Source: Callorhinchus milii
Taxonomy: Eukaryota
DNA length: 64,000 nt
Direction: 5' to 3'
Assembly (NCBI RefSeq): GCF_018977255.1
Contig: NW_024704742.1
Location: 136,588,001 to 136,652,000, forward strand
Part shown: piece by piece, positions 1 to 11,618 of the stretch
Numbering within the stretch: position 1 is the first letter of the stretch
Layout of the letters: each line of letters opens with the position of its first letter
Notes under the pieces: generated by a model
What the model saw: only the letters and a program-made list of their open reading frames with translations
What the model was told of the DNA's origin: nothing
The model's database searches: none
Program-made: the position numbers and the translations under genes

Positions 1-496
1 TCATGTTCAATCCCTTCGCTCCCTGGCAGAAGTATCAACAAAATGTAAAAAAGGAATTTCATAAGCGTTTGACAGAGAGGCCAAATACCACACTGGGAAA
101 GAGAAAGGAATTGGGATTAGATTGCTTTAGATAGTTCCAGGAGGTCAGATAGGACCTATATATATTCAATGACAGAATAATAATTGTATTATAACTGTAA
201 TTCTTATTAATAATAATGATATTATTATAATTTTTGATATAGTAGGTTAACATGTCACTGAGACATCTCAAAGCATTTCACAGATATGCTCTGAAGTGGT
301 ATATAAACATGGGAGTTAATTTTGTGCACCTCAATGTCCTGCACACAGAAAAATCACAGGATAATACTGCTAAATAATTTGCTGACTGTACCAAGCATTG
401 GCCAGGTGACTGCTGCAAGGAGGATTAATTGTGTTTAAAAAGATATGGGGAAATAGCGTGATTTCCTGAAAGTATTCCTTCATGCCCTGGCACCTC

Positions 497-810
497 CCTA
501 CCTCTCCAACCTGCTTATCCCTCCAACCCACCACCCGCTGCCTCCGCTTGACTGTCTCCGGCCTGCTGCATGTCCCTTGTGCCTTCCGTTCGACCATTGG
601 TGGCCCCACTTTCAGCCCTGAAACTCTGGAACACTCTTCCTCTATCCCTCCGCATTGCCCCTTCCTTCCCCATCTTCAGATCGCGCCTGAAGACCTTCCT
701 ATTTGACTGTGCCTACAGTCGCATCCCCTTCCACCCCCGGCTCGGCATCATGTTCCGCCACTGTCAAGTGCTCTGGGACTCTACCCAGAGGGGCAAGTTG
801 TTATAATACA
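497..810 (+). mobile_element. L2 LINE 3' fragment
   Basis: Pyrimidine-rich L2 ORF2 C-terminus (LWNTLP..SRLKTFLFD motif) ending in gcaagttgtt tail. Confidence 0.7.
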
Positions 811-1119
811 AATGACCTCTTTCTATGAGGCTATGGGGTATAATTGGGCTACTAGGAGAGTTGCATTAAACATGTGACTGCTGGAAAATTTGGTTGCAGT
901 TGGGAAGTAAGTGAGTGGCTACTTGGACCAAGTTAGTGATGGATAGATGGAGAGGCCATGACGGAGCGTGTCACTGGGTGAGGTGTATGGGAGATTGTGG
1001 CTTTTCAAGGTGTTGTGTGTGCACTGCTCTGACCTTTCTCCTACTCTGTGGTTCCTCCTCAGGCTGTGACACACGAATAGTTGAACTATCGACCAATTGC
1101 TCGCCACTGAGTTAACTTT

Positions 1120-1670
1120 TGTTTTGATCAGTCAGGTATCTGACTCATGGAGAAACCTTTCACCCTGGTTATGGCTATCCAAATCAAACTGGAAATTCCA
1201 TTCATCCATCCCACCTACACAAGGGAATTCCAGAGATATTTATTCAAATGGAATGCCCACTCTCTAACTGGACACATCCTGCTTACCCCATTCCAGAAAA
1301 TATTAGGCGCAAGTTGGCAAGAGCCAAGGCTTGGGGTGAGCCCAGAGTGTGTGTCTAACCAGCTAAAACCGCATAGCTTGCCGTTGATATTGCTGTCTGT
1401 CAAGCTTTCCTGCTACTTGTCCAGCTAGAACCATCCTACCCATTAGGGCTTGCAGGGTTAACAGGAGCTGAGTGGAATGACTCCCTTGCCCCAATCGGCG
1501 TATCTTTTCAGGTCCTGCCAATGAGCTAGGCTGTCATCAGCAGTGCCCTGGAGTATTGCAGACTCACCTGGCTCACGAACCAGACTACCAAGACCGCCAC
1601 GTTTAGCGGGTTGGCTCAATTCCGATAATCCATTGCCAAAGCTATCATCTTGAAGCCAGTTCATCTCAAG
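1120..1670 (-). repeat. Unclassified ~550 bp dispersed repeat
   Basis: Reverse-complement similarity to 45600-46140, 25120-25400, 49330-49610 and 57950-58200. Confidence 0.65.
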
Positions 1671-1699
1671 TAGTTCCCGCTTACCTCCCCCCCAAAGAG

Positions 1700-1983
1700 G
1701 ATAGTCACTTAGTGGTTATAGCACTCGCCTCACAAGCAAGACACCCGGGTTCGATTCCAGGCAGGGCAAAATGTTGGACAAGTTTCCTTACTCCACACGC
1801 CCCTGTTTACCGAGCAGTAAGTAGGCACCCGGTTGTTAGTTGAATGGCGGATCATTTTTCAGGGGTAATAATTCCTTTTTTAAAAAACATTGGTCACTTC
1901 AATCCATGCCTGTTTGTCGGACATTACAGCACATAATTGGCTCCCACGTTTCGCCCACAAAATATACAGTCAACTCACTTTCC
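1700..1983 (+). mobile_element. tRNA-derived DeuSINE, older long subfamily
   Basis: A/B boxes (tagtggttatagc; ggttcgattcc), internal tgtttac..agcagtaagtagg segment, aattggct Deu core. Confidence 0.75.
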
Positions 1984-3583
1984 ATAGCCCATATGAAACC
2001 GACCACATGCTCCCTCGACCCCGTCCCTACACCTCTCTTTACCTCGCAGCTCCACCTCCTTGCCCCTCTACTCACTGACATCGTTAATCTCTCACTGTCC
2101 TCTGGTACTGTTCCCACCCCATTATAAACTGCTGCCATCACTCCTATCCTTAAAAAATCCTCTCTGGACCCTTCTTCCTCACTATCAACCCATCTCCAAC
2201 CTCCTCTTCCTCGCCAAAATCCTGGAACGAGTTGTTGTTTCTCAGCTTCGCTACTTCCTCTCCTGCCACTCCCATCTCGAACACCCCTCTAATTGGGCTT
2301 CCATGGGCGCCCACAGCACAGAAACAGCCCTGGTCAAAGTGACAAATGATGTTCTGACATCTGCAACTAGTGCTGCCTCTGCCTCCTCGTCCTCCTTGAC
2401 CTCTCTGCTGCCTTCGACACCATCAACCATTCTATCCTCATCCACCGCCTCGCCTCTCACCTCTCACCTCAGGCTGTCCCTGATTGATTCAGATCGTATC
2501 TCTCACACTGCCTGCACTTCATCTCCACAAACAGCTTCTCCTCCAGCCCCTGCACCGTCTCATGCGGTGTTCCTCAGGGCTCTGTCCTTGGTCCCCTCCT
2601 CTTCAGTATCTATATGCTCCTTCTTGGTGACATCATCCGCAGACATGGGGTCAACTTCCACATGTATGCGGATGACACCCAACTGTATCTCTCTGCCCTC
2701 CACCCTTGACTCCAGGACCACTGCTGTGCTGACAGAATGTCTATCTGACATCAAGTCCTGGATGAGAGCTGACTTTCTCCAGTTAAACGTCATCAAGACC
2801 GAGGCTCTCCTGATTGTCTCCCATCAGCGCCTCCTCACCTCATGGCTGACAGCATCACCATCCATGGTTACATACTCCACTTCGCTAAGCCAGTCCGGAA
2901 CCTTGGGGTCTTGTTTGAACATCAACTTATCCCACATCTGCGCCATATCCCGCTCTGCCTTCCCCACCTCCGCAACATCACCCAGACCCGCCACTGTTTC
3001 ATACCTCAGGCCGCCGAAACCCTTACATGCCTTCATTGCATCGAGGCTCGACTATGCAAACTCATCATCCAGAACTCTGCAGCCCATGTCCTCTCCCGCA
3101 CTAAGCTCCGCGACCCTATCACCCCCATCCTTGTCCAATTCCACTGGCTTCCCATCACACGGAGGCTACAGTTCAACATCCTTGTCCTCACCTTCAAAGC
3201 CCTCCATGGTCTTGCTCCCGCCTATCTTTCTGACCTCCTAGCCAACCCCCTACCATCTTGTTCGCTCTCTCATCTCAGCAGGCTCCAGCCTGCTTCATGT
3301 CCCCCGCCTTGCTCGCACCACCATTGGTGGGCGGGCCTTCCACCACTCTCCCCCCACCCTCTGGAACACCATTCTGTAGTTCCTCTGCCTCTCCTCCTCC
3401 TTCGCCACCTTCAAGACCCATCTCAAGACCCTCCTCTTCGACCATGCTTTTGATCTCCCTGCTTCCCCCCCCTACCCTCCACCCTACCCTACCTACCCTG
3501 ACCCCCAGCTCGGGTCTGTCTATCCACCGCCTTGGGACATCCTCCCCACATGAGAGATGCTTTACAGATGAAATTTTGTTGCT
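1984..3583 (+). mobile_element. L2 LINE, decayed reverse transcriptase region plus 3' tail
   Basis: Frameshifted RT motifs [29 protein letters not shown]; 3' tail ending ttttgttg. Confidence 0.9.
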
Positions 3584-3587
3584 TACA

Positions 3588-4760
3588 GTAACAACAACAA
3601 CTTGGGATTTATATAGCGCCTTCCACGCCGGACGTTGTCTCAGAACGCTTTACAGTAACGGATCCTGGGGCCGAGCCGGGAGGAGGGGGAGGAAGGTGAC
3701 CAAAGGTGCAGTCGAAAAGAAAGGTCTTCGGCAGAGTCCTGAAAATGGGAAGGGAGGGGGCAAGGCAAAGGGAGTGAGGAAGGGAGTTCCAGAGCCTCGG
3801 GGCATAATGGCTTTAGGCACGGCCGCCGAGGGTGGAGCAGAGGACTCGGGGGACGAAGAGGAGGCCAGACCCGGAGGAACGAAGGCAACGAGTGCTGTTT
3901 TGAAGGAGAGAGGTCAGAGGGTCGGGGGGTGCAGAAGAGTGCAGGGACTTGAATACAAGAGTGAGGATCTTGAAATCGATCCTCTCTGGGACAGGCAACC
4001 AGTGCAGTCTGGCAAGGACTGGGGTGATCGGGGAGCGGAGTTTTGTGCGGGTGAGAATGCGGGCGGCAGAGTTTTGAATGATTTGGATTTTATGGATGGT
4101 AGTGGACGGGAGAGAGCCGAGAGGTGACAAAGGCATGGACCTTTCAGGAGCTTTTGGGGAGAGGAGGTATTGGCGGAAACGAGCAATGCGTTGCAGGTGG
4201 AAGAAAGCGGTGCTGGTGAGGGACCAGATGTGGGGGAGGAAGGATAATTGGGGGTCGAACCTGACGCCTAGGTTGCGTATGGGTTAGGAGAGTTTTAGGG
4301 GGAGGTCGGGTAGGTGGAGGAGGTGACAGCCGTGAGATTTTACACGTTGATGAGGGCCAAAGAGTATGGCTTCCGTCACGTCAGGGTTCAGCTGAAGGAA
4401 GTTTGCGCTCATCAGCCCCTGAGATCTGACAGGCAGGCTGACAGAACATCAGGGGACTGGGGGTCGCAAAGAGAGGTGGGTGTCATCTGCATACATGTGG
4501 AAATGTACCCCATGTCTACGGATGACATCCCCAAGAGTGAGCATGTAGATCAGAAAGAGGAGGGGGCCAAGGATGGATCCTTGGGGTACCCCGCAGGTGA
4601 CCAGGTGAGAGCGGGAGGAGAAGCCGTTTGTGCAGATGTACTGCTGGCGGTTTGTGAGGTAGGACTCGATCCAGGCGAGTGCATTCCCACTGAGGTGGAT
4701 GACGGAGGAAAGGCGGTGGAGGAGGATGGCGTGGTCGGAGGAGGTGAAAGCCGTGAGATT
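3588..4760 (-). mobile_element. L2 LINE RT fragment, tail-to-tail with previous copy
   Basis: Minus-strand QNSAARIL..LHWLPV..DFKIL and YADD motifs; (AAC)n tail at ~3590. Confidence 0.9.
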
Positions 4761-5104
4761 TCACAGTAGATTCTGTGAAGCCCTTTGAGATGTTTCGAAG
4801 ACGTGATAAGGTGCAATTACCAAATGCGAGGATTATTAGGATTATTACATATGAAGAACAGACCCTTAAGTAAGATACTAAATGATACTGACTGACAGAC
4901 AGCATTTTCGAGAAGCAATTCGGAATCACAAGAGGTTCAGATAAAGTAGTCCCTCCGGTCCATTTGATCTCATCAATCCACAATACCTACAATCCACTAT
5001 CTTCCCATCACAGCAACAAACTGTTTCGTACGTGAATCCCTTGTTCTAGCTGTCATAAATAAATAATAATGCTTGCGTTTGATACAGCACCTTATGTCTC
5101 GAGT

Positions 5105-5318
5105 TGCTCGAATCTGGAACCCATTGCCTGAAAGGGCGGTCGAGGCCGATTCGATAACTACTTTTAAAAACGCAGTGGACAGGTATTTGAGGAGGATGGA
5201 TTTGCAGGGTTATGGGGAAAGGGCTGGGGAGTGGGATTGACATTACATTGCTCTTTTCAAATAGCCGGCACAGACTCGATGGGCCGAATGGCCTCTTTTT
5301 GTGCTGTACGATTCTATG
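5105..5318 (+). mobile_element. CR1 LINE 3' end
   Basis: WN..LP ORF2 end and tail gatgggccgaatggcctc..attctatg. Confidence 0.75.
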
Positions 5319-5559
5319 AAAAGCACTTCACACAAAATAATAATAATAATCCTTGCATTTGATATAGCGCTTTTCACGTCGGGAGGACGTCCCAAAGCGC
5401 TTCACAGAACACACTGCAAAGTGAATTGATTGTATATTTTGTGGCCAGGACACCAGGAGAAAGAAACTCCCTTCTCTTTTTGAATAGAATCATAAAATCT
5501 TTAACTTCCACCTGCTTGGTTGCAATTCCCCCCACCCCTTTGTTTTGCATCATTAACAC

Positions 5560-5810
5560 TGCTTTAACCCAACATCCCCTGTCCTCTACTCCATTTTAAC
5601 CTTTGTCTTCCTTGCCCTGCCTCCCCCTTCTCTGTCAGCCCTTAAAAACCTCTCCCTCCCAACATGCCCGAGTTCTGACGAAGGGTCATGGACCCGAAAC
5701 GTCGACTCACTTTCCTTTCTCCATAGATGCTGCCTGACCTGCTGAGTGTTCCCAGCGACTTCTGTTATTGTTTCAGATTTCCAGCATCTGCAATACTTTG
5801 CATTTTCTTC
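5560..5810 (+). mobile_element. Penelope-like element terminal repeat remnant
   Basis: ctgacgaagggtc..cccgaaacgtc followed by ctccatagatgctgcctgacctgctgag..tccagcatctgca; second decayed copy at 32395-32497. Confidence 0.7.
5670..5708 (+). ncRNA. Minimal type I hammerhead ribozyme motif
   Basis: GAGUU-CUGACGA-A-GGGUC(AUG)GACCC-GAAA-CG-UC-GACUC: intact core, stem I GAGUU/GACUC, stem II GGGUC/GACCC, GUC cleavage triplet. Confidence 0.7.
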
Positions 5811-6215
5811 TATAAGGTCCCCTTGATAAGGCTGAAAGGATGTAGCTTATCAGGCTTTATTCTGTCTCCAGGGTGTTGGTTGCCTCTTATGTCACCGTGA
5901 CCAAAACCACATAAGATCTTTGAAAAAGATATGTCTGAGACAAACGTTTAGGAATTTCAAGTCAGCCCAGAAGACATCTGTTGGCTGGTCCCAGTAACTG
6001 CAGCATCTCTTCCAACCCTGAGTCCTCCTGTCCGCCACCTAGAGTTGGTGGAACAAATAATAAGTTCAAAGAAGGATCATAGCCCAGGTAACAAGATCTT
6101 CAACACAGTCGGTAACTTTGGGTCAAAAGGTTGTGGCCTCCCACAATTGTAAGTTGCATATTAAATGTTCTCAAAACTCTTATCTTAACCTTACAACAAA
6201 AACAACAAGATTACC

Positions 6216-6540
6216 GTGGAGTCCTGTAACCCAGTGGTTAGAGCACTTGCTTTGCAAGCGAGAGACCTGAGTTCAATTCCAGGCAGAGGGCGAAACCTTG
6301 GGCAAGTTTCCTTACTCCACACAGAGCCTAATAATAATCCCTCCAAAACCAAAAACAATAATAAATTGGTCATTTTCAATCTACGACTGTTTGTAGGACA
6401 TTGCTGTGCGCAATTGGCTGCCGCGTTCGCCCACAAATATACAGTCAATTCATTTACAGTGTGTTCTGTGAAGCGCTTTGGGACGTCCTCCCGACGTGAA
6501 AAGCGCTATATCAAATGCAAGGATTTTATTATTATTATTA
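6216..6540 (+). mobile_element. Young full-length tRNA-derived DeuSINE
   Basis: tRNA-like head, Deu core, L2-like stem-loop tail and (TTA)n; near-identical to five other copies; inserted inside an antisense L2 tail. Confidence 0.9.
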
Positions 6541-6715
6541 TATTTGTATAGCGCCTTTCAAGTCGGTAGGACATCCCAAGGCGGTGGACAGGGTACAGCA
6601 TTTCAGACCCAAGCTGGGGTCAGTGAGGGAAAAGGGAAAGGAGGGGAAGAGGGGTGGCCGATGGCATGGTCAAAGAGGAGGGTTTTGAGGCGGGACTTGA
6701 AGGAGGCTAAGGAGG

Positions 6716-7223
6716 TCCCCCTACCTACCTGCCCGTACCCTCCGTTCCTCTGGCTCTGGTCTGCTCCACGTCCCCCGCCCCAACCGCCCTACCATCGGTG
6801 GTCGGGCCTTCAGCCTCTCAGCCCCCAAGCTCTGGAACTCCATCCCCCAGTGCCTTCGCCTTGCTTCCTCCCTTTCCTCCTTCAAGGCCGGTCTCAAAAC
6901 CTTTCTCTTTGACCGTGCCTTCAGCTCCCCTCTCGACTCTCTTCCCCCTCCTCGCTCCCTCCCTTCCCTCCCCTCCCCTCACCCTGACCATTTCCCCCCT
7001 CCTCGCTCCCTCCCTTCCCTCCCCTCACCCTGACCATTTTCCCCTCCTTGCTCCCTCCCTTCCCTCACCCTGACCATTTCCCCCCTCCTCGCTCCCTCCC
7101 TTCCCTCCCCTCACCCTGACCATTTCCCACCTGCTCGGGTCATGACCCAACTGTGCAGCGCCTTGGGACGTCCTCCTGACGTGAAAGGCGCTTTATAAAT
7201 GGAATCTTGTTGTTGTTGTTGTT
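6716..7223 (+). mobile_element. Young L2 3' fragment with 3'UTR VNTR
   Basis: Near-identical to 49823-50328; (TTG)n tail. Confidence 0.85.
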
Positions 7224-7740
7224 GAGGGGCAAGACGGAGTGATTGGAGGATGGAATTCCAGAGGTTGGGGGCAGAGTGGCTGAAGGCTCTCCCGCCAATG
7301 GTGGGGCGGGTGGGTCGGTGGACGTGAAGCAGGCCAGAGCCGGCTGAGCGGAGGGAGCGGGCGGATTGGTAGGGGGTTAGGAGGTTACAGAGGTAGGGTA
7401 GGGCGAGGCCATGGAGGGCTTTGTAGGTGAGGACCAGGATCTTGAGCTGGATCTTCTGAAGGATAGGGAGCTAATGAAATCAGGTGAGAATGGGGGAGAT
7501 GGGGTCATGGAGTTTGGTGCGGGAGGACACGGGCTGCAGAGTTCTGGATTATCTGCAGCCTGTGGAGGGAGGAGATGGGAAGGCCGACAAGCAGTGTATT
7601 TGCATAGTCGAGCCTGGAGGTGATGAAGGCATGAACAAGTGTTTCAGTGGCCTGAGGGGTGAGGTGGTGGCGGAGTCGGGCGATGTTATGGAGGTGAGGG
7701 AAGGCAGAGTGGGTCATGGCTTGAATATGGGGAAGAAAAG
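7224..7740 (-). mobile_element. L2 ORF2 fragment
   Basis: Minus strand LVHAFITSRLDYANTLLVGLP..IQNSAARVL. Confidence 0.85.
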
Positions 7741-8705
7741 ACAGTTGGAATCAGAACTCAAACAGTTGAATAATAATAATCCTTGCATTTGTTATAGCAC
7801 TTTATCACGTCGTTAAGTCATCTCAAAGCGCTTCGCATAAGATACTGTAAAGTGAATTGACTCTACATTTTGTGGGTGGCCAATTCCAAAGTCCTGACTT
7901 TGGGGGTTCAAACCCAGAAGTGAGAGCGTGATTTTCTGAGCTCGGCTGCTAATTTTCACCTAATAGGTTTGCTGGGACCAAATAGTGCAGATAAGCAGCT
8001 CTGTGCTGCAGACACTAGGACACTTTTCTGGAGGGGGGTGATCCTAGAGTCCTGTAGCTCAGTGGTTAGAGGACTCGCCTTGCAAGCAAAAGGATCTGGG
8101 TTTGAAAACTTGAGCAAGTTTCCTTACTCCACACGTAAGGAAAAATGATAATAATCCCTCAAGAATAATAAAACAATCCACGACTGTTTGTGGGACACTA
8201 CTGTGCTTAATTGGCTGCCCAGTTTCACCCACAAATATATAATCAGTTCACTTCACAGTATATTCTGTGAAGTGTTTTGAGACGTCTAGAAGACATGAAA
8301 AGCACTATATCAAATGCGAGGATTATTATTTATTTTTATTATTAGGCGAAACATTAGGCAAGTTTCCTCACTCTACAAGCCTCTGTTTATCTAGGAGTCA
8401 GTAGGAACCTGGTTGTTAGTCAATTAGCGGTTCGCTTTCCAGGGGAAATAAACCCTTAAAAAAATTGAAAAAATAATAGTTTGGTCACTCAATCCACGAC
8501 TGCTGCAATGTAGAATTATTTGCCCACAGACTGCTGTTCAAGCAAAGTGCATAGATTGATTCAAATGGGAACAAGTCAGATGCTTAAAGAGGAGAAATAT
8601 TAAAGGGTGGAGAAAAATGTGTCTGCCATTCATGCAGTCTAGCAGCTCAAACATTTGCCGATAAAAACAATCACTTAGTGATGTAGCCTGATTCAGTTTG
8701 TCACA

Positions 8706-8800
8706 CACTTGTCTTAGAAGGTTGTGGTTCAAACCCTACCTTGGGACTTAGGTCCTCGTCTCAAGGTAGGGTTTGAACCCAAAACCTTCTAAGACAAGTG
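8706..8800. repeat. Near-perfect inverted repeat (42/43 bp arms, 10 nt loop)
   Basis: cacttgtcttagaaggttgtggttcaaaccctaccttgggac ... gtctcaaggtagggtttgaacccaaaaccttctaagacaagtg. Confidence 0.9.
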
Positions 8801-9469
8801 CCTTAGGACATCCTCCTGATGTAAAAGGCGCCATACAAATGTAATTTTGTTGTTGTTATCCAGGTTGACATTTCAATGCAGTGCTGGGGTTGTTCGGGTG
8901 ATATGATAAACCCTGCTTTGTGTTCAGAGCACTCCCCTCACAAGTGAGAGGACCTGGGGTTCGATTCCCAGGCAGTTTCTTGGGAATTTGGGCGAGTTTG
9001 GGCACATCGTGCAAGTTTCCTAATAGACCCTTAAAAAAAATAACTTGTCCACTTCAACCCACGAGTGTTTGTGGGACTCTATTGTGCGTAATTGGCTGCC
9101 CCGTGTCACCCACAAATATACAGTCAATTCACTTTACAGTGTGTGTCCTGTGAAGCGCTTTGGGACGTCCTCCCGACGCGAAAAGCGCTATATCAAATGC
9201 AAGGATTATTATTATTATTATTATTATTACTATCCATTCACTTCACAAGCGCTTCGAGACGTCCGGAAGACCCGAAAAAACACTGCCGCGTTTCGTCCAC
9301 GAGACACGCGAGCACTACACTTTGCAGTGTACTTCTGCGAAGCGCTTTGAGACGTCCAAGACGATGACAAGGCGTTGTGTCAAAATGCAAGGGATGGATG
9401 GTCCTCCTCCTTCTTCTTCTTCTTCTTCTCCTCACCATTGCAGACCCTCCCTTGGGCTGAAGTCTCGTT

Positions 9470-10080
9470 GAGGGACGGTGCCCGCTGAGATCTCGCGAGA
9501 CTGGCTACGCGGGTGACCTGCTTCCCGTGAGCCTCCGCTCCTCCTTTCGCGGCTGACGGCCTGGAGGTGAGAGCGCGAGAGCGGCGGCGGCGGAGCAATC
9601 CGTCACCATCGGGGGTGGGGAGGGGAGGGGGGCGCACCGGCGGGGTCGGTAGCTTATCCGGGACTCGGTGGGCGACAGCCCCGGGCCGGTAGTGGGAGTC
9701 CCGACCGGCGAGTTTAGGCGGAAGATGAAAAACGGTTGAGCTGTGGCGGGTGTGGGGGCCGCCGTTCAAAATGGCGGCGGCGGCGGCCCCGAGCGCGAGG
9801 GCAGCGGAGGAGGAGGTGAAGCTCGCGCTTTGGCTTTCACTGTCGCTGTCGCGGGCGGCGGGAGGTGAGGGGAGGGAGAGGGTGGGGGTTAATGTTGACT
9901 TCGTGAGTCAGGGCGTTGGTTGGGGCAGAAGGGAAGGAAATCTACTCCCGAGGCTGTGAGGCCTAGGACCCGGCGCCTGAGAGAGCGGTGTGGGCCCGGG
10001 CCGACCGTGGGGGTGGCTGTGGCGGCATCTTGCGTTGCTCTGTGCGTGAGGGAACGGCCTCGGGCGAGTGCCTTAATTTT
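9470..10080 (+). promoter_or_regulatory. RPL17: RPL17 CpG-island promoter with TCTCGCGAGA palindrome, TCT/TOP initiator and intronic YY1 site
   Basis: TCTCGCGAGA 9491-9500; pyrimidine start ctcctttc ~9541; caaaatggcggc 9767-9778; high CpG density. Confidence 0.8.
9541..9566 (+). other. RPL17: RPL17 non-coding exon 1 (5'TOP)
   Basis: CTCCTTTC start followed by donor GAG|gtgaga; TSS approximate. Confidence 0.75.
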
Positions 10081-10477
10081 TCAGGTTTTAATTTAAACCC
10101 TCTCCCTCCCCCCCTCTCTCCCTCCCCCCACACCCGCCTTTCTTTGGAGACCTTACACCCTTTCACAAGCGCCGTCTCTGACGCTCCCAGTCACTGCCAT
10201 GGATTCATGGAGATCTAAGCGCAGGAGGAGGCCGTTTAAGAGCAGCCCATTCAGTCCCACTCCCCGACTCTTTGCCCCCATGGCCCTTGCAAAGTTACTG
10301 ACCCGAACTGGCCACTCTGCTACCCGTGACAACAACAACAACAAGATTCCATTTATAGAGCGCCTTTCACGTCGGGAGGACGTCCCAAGGCGCTGTAACC
10401 CACACGAGCAGGTAACCCACAGCATTGGGCTGGTATTTGGTGGACTTTGGCTTACAAATGTGTTTTAAAATGTGTTG

Positions 10478-10836
10478 ACCTACTATCCCCCTACCTACCT
10501 GCCCGTACCCTCCGTTCCTCTGGCTCTGGTCTGCTCCACGTCCCCCGCCCCAACCGCCCTACCATCGGTGGCCTTCAGCCTCTTAGCCCCGAGGCTCTGG
10601 AACTCCATCCCCAGTGCCTTCACCGCTTCCTCCCTTTCCACCTTCAAGGCCGGTCTCAAGACCTTTCTCTTTGACCGTGCCTTCAGCTCCCCTCTCGACT
10701 CTCTACCCCTCCTCGCTCCTTCCCTCCCCTCACCATTTCCCCCCCAATGCTCAGGTCCTGACCCAACTGTACAGCGCCTTGGGACGTCCTCCCAACGTGA
10801 AAGGCGCTCTATAAATGGAATCTTGTTGTTGTTGTT
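10478..10836 (+). mobile_element. Young L2 3' fragment in RPL17 intron 1
   Basis: Matches 6716-7223 and 49611-50328; (TTG)n tail. Confidence 0.85.
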
Positions 10837-11618
10837 AAATTCTGCCCATACTGACTGGGAGAGAGAGAGAATGTCTGTAGGGGTGAGAGAGGCTAGAGTA
10901 TCTCTGTCTTCCCTCCACCCCCCTAAAAAAAAAGTTTGGTGTTGCTGAGTTTTATTTCCAATTGATGTAGGTTTGGGCTTGTAACTTGGTGGTTATAGGG
11001 AGATAGATAAACCACAATTAGTAAATGAGTATAAGACACAATGGTTGTTAATAATTCTTGTATTTGAGTGACAACGACGCGTAAACTCAGGGTGGTCACT
11101 GGAAAGAGTTGAGGGAGAGGAGTGGAGATTATATATTTCTTCCATCCGGTCAGATCTCATGCTGATGAAACCCTTGCTGCACATGGTTTTTGAGGCTGAG
11201 AGTTGAGGTCATTTTAGAAAGGCATTAAGTGGATGTGTTTTTCTTTGGGAGGGGTGAGAGGATATCTCAAACCATGCGTCGCTTTCTTGATTGCACTGTA
11301 GATTGTTCCTTCCAAGGAAATAAATTAAGTTCGTCTGAACTGCCACTGTCTGACCTCATGGATCAAACTTCACAGACAATTGAAGGAAAATTAATGTATA
11401 TCTTTCTGTTCTGGGATTGGCATAAGAATGATGGTTTGGATCCAATTAGTGTTTCTAGATCATGGGGTCACTGAGAAAAAAGCCAAATGGTGAGATGTCG
11501 CAAGCATTTACACCAGTTGCTGGGCTGCTGTACTGTGGGTCTACATCCTGATGGTCCACTTTACCTGTACTGTAAAAATAACAAAAAAAAACACTCACTT
11601 AGAATTCATGTCTATAAA

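Noticed and set aside
1..135. Open frame or exon at the window start (possible neighbouring gene such as LIPG by synteny)
   Set aside because: No recognisable peptide in any frame; too short to support
907..1062. Intron-like segment (gtaagt ... ctctgac, pyrimidine tract, cag)
   Set aside because: Flanking frames hit stops quickly and match no protein I know; needs transcript data
2060..4127. Long ORFs of 393, 203 and 289 aa
   Set aside because: Shifted-frame or antisense readings of decayed L2 elements
4830..6130. Minus-strand acceptors and AATAAA suggesting a divergent lncRNA from the RPL17 promoter
   Set aside because: Signals are individually weak and no coherent exon chain could be built
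6216..6295. tRNA-Ala(TGC)-like sequence
   Set aside because: SINE head: no proper acceptor stem or terminator, followed by SINE body in multiple copies
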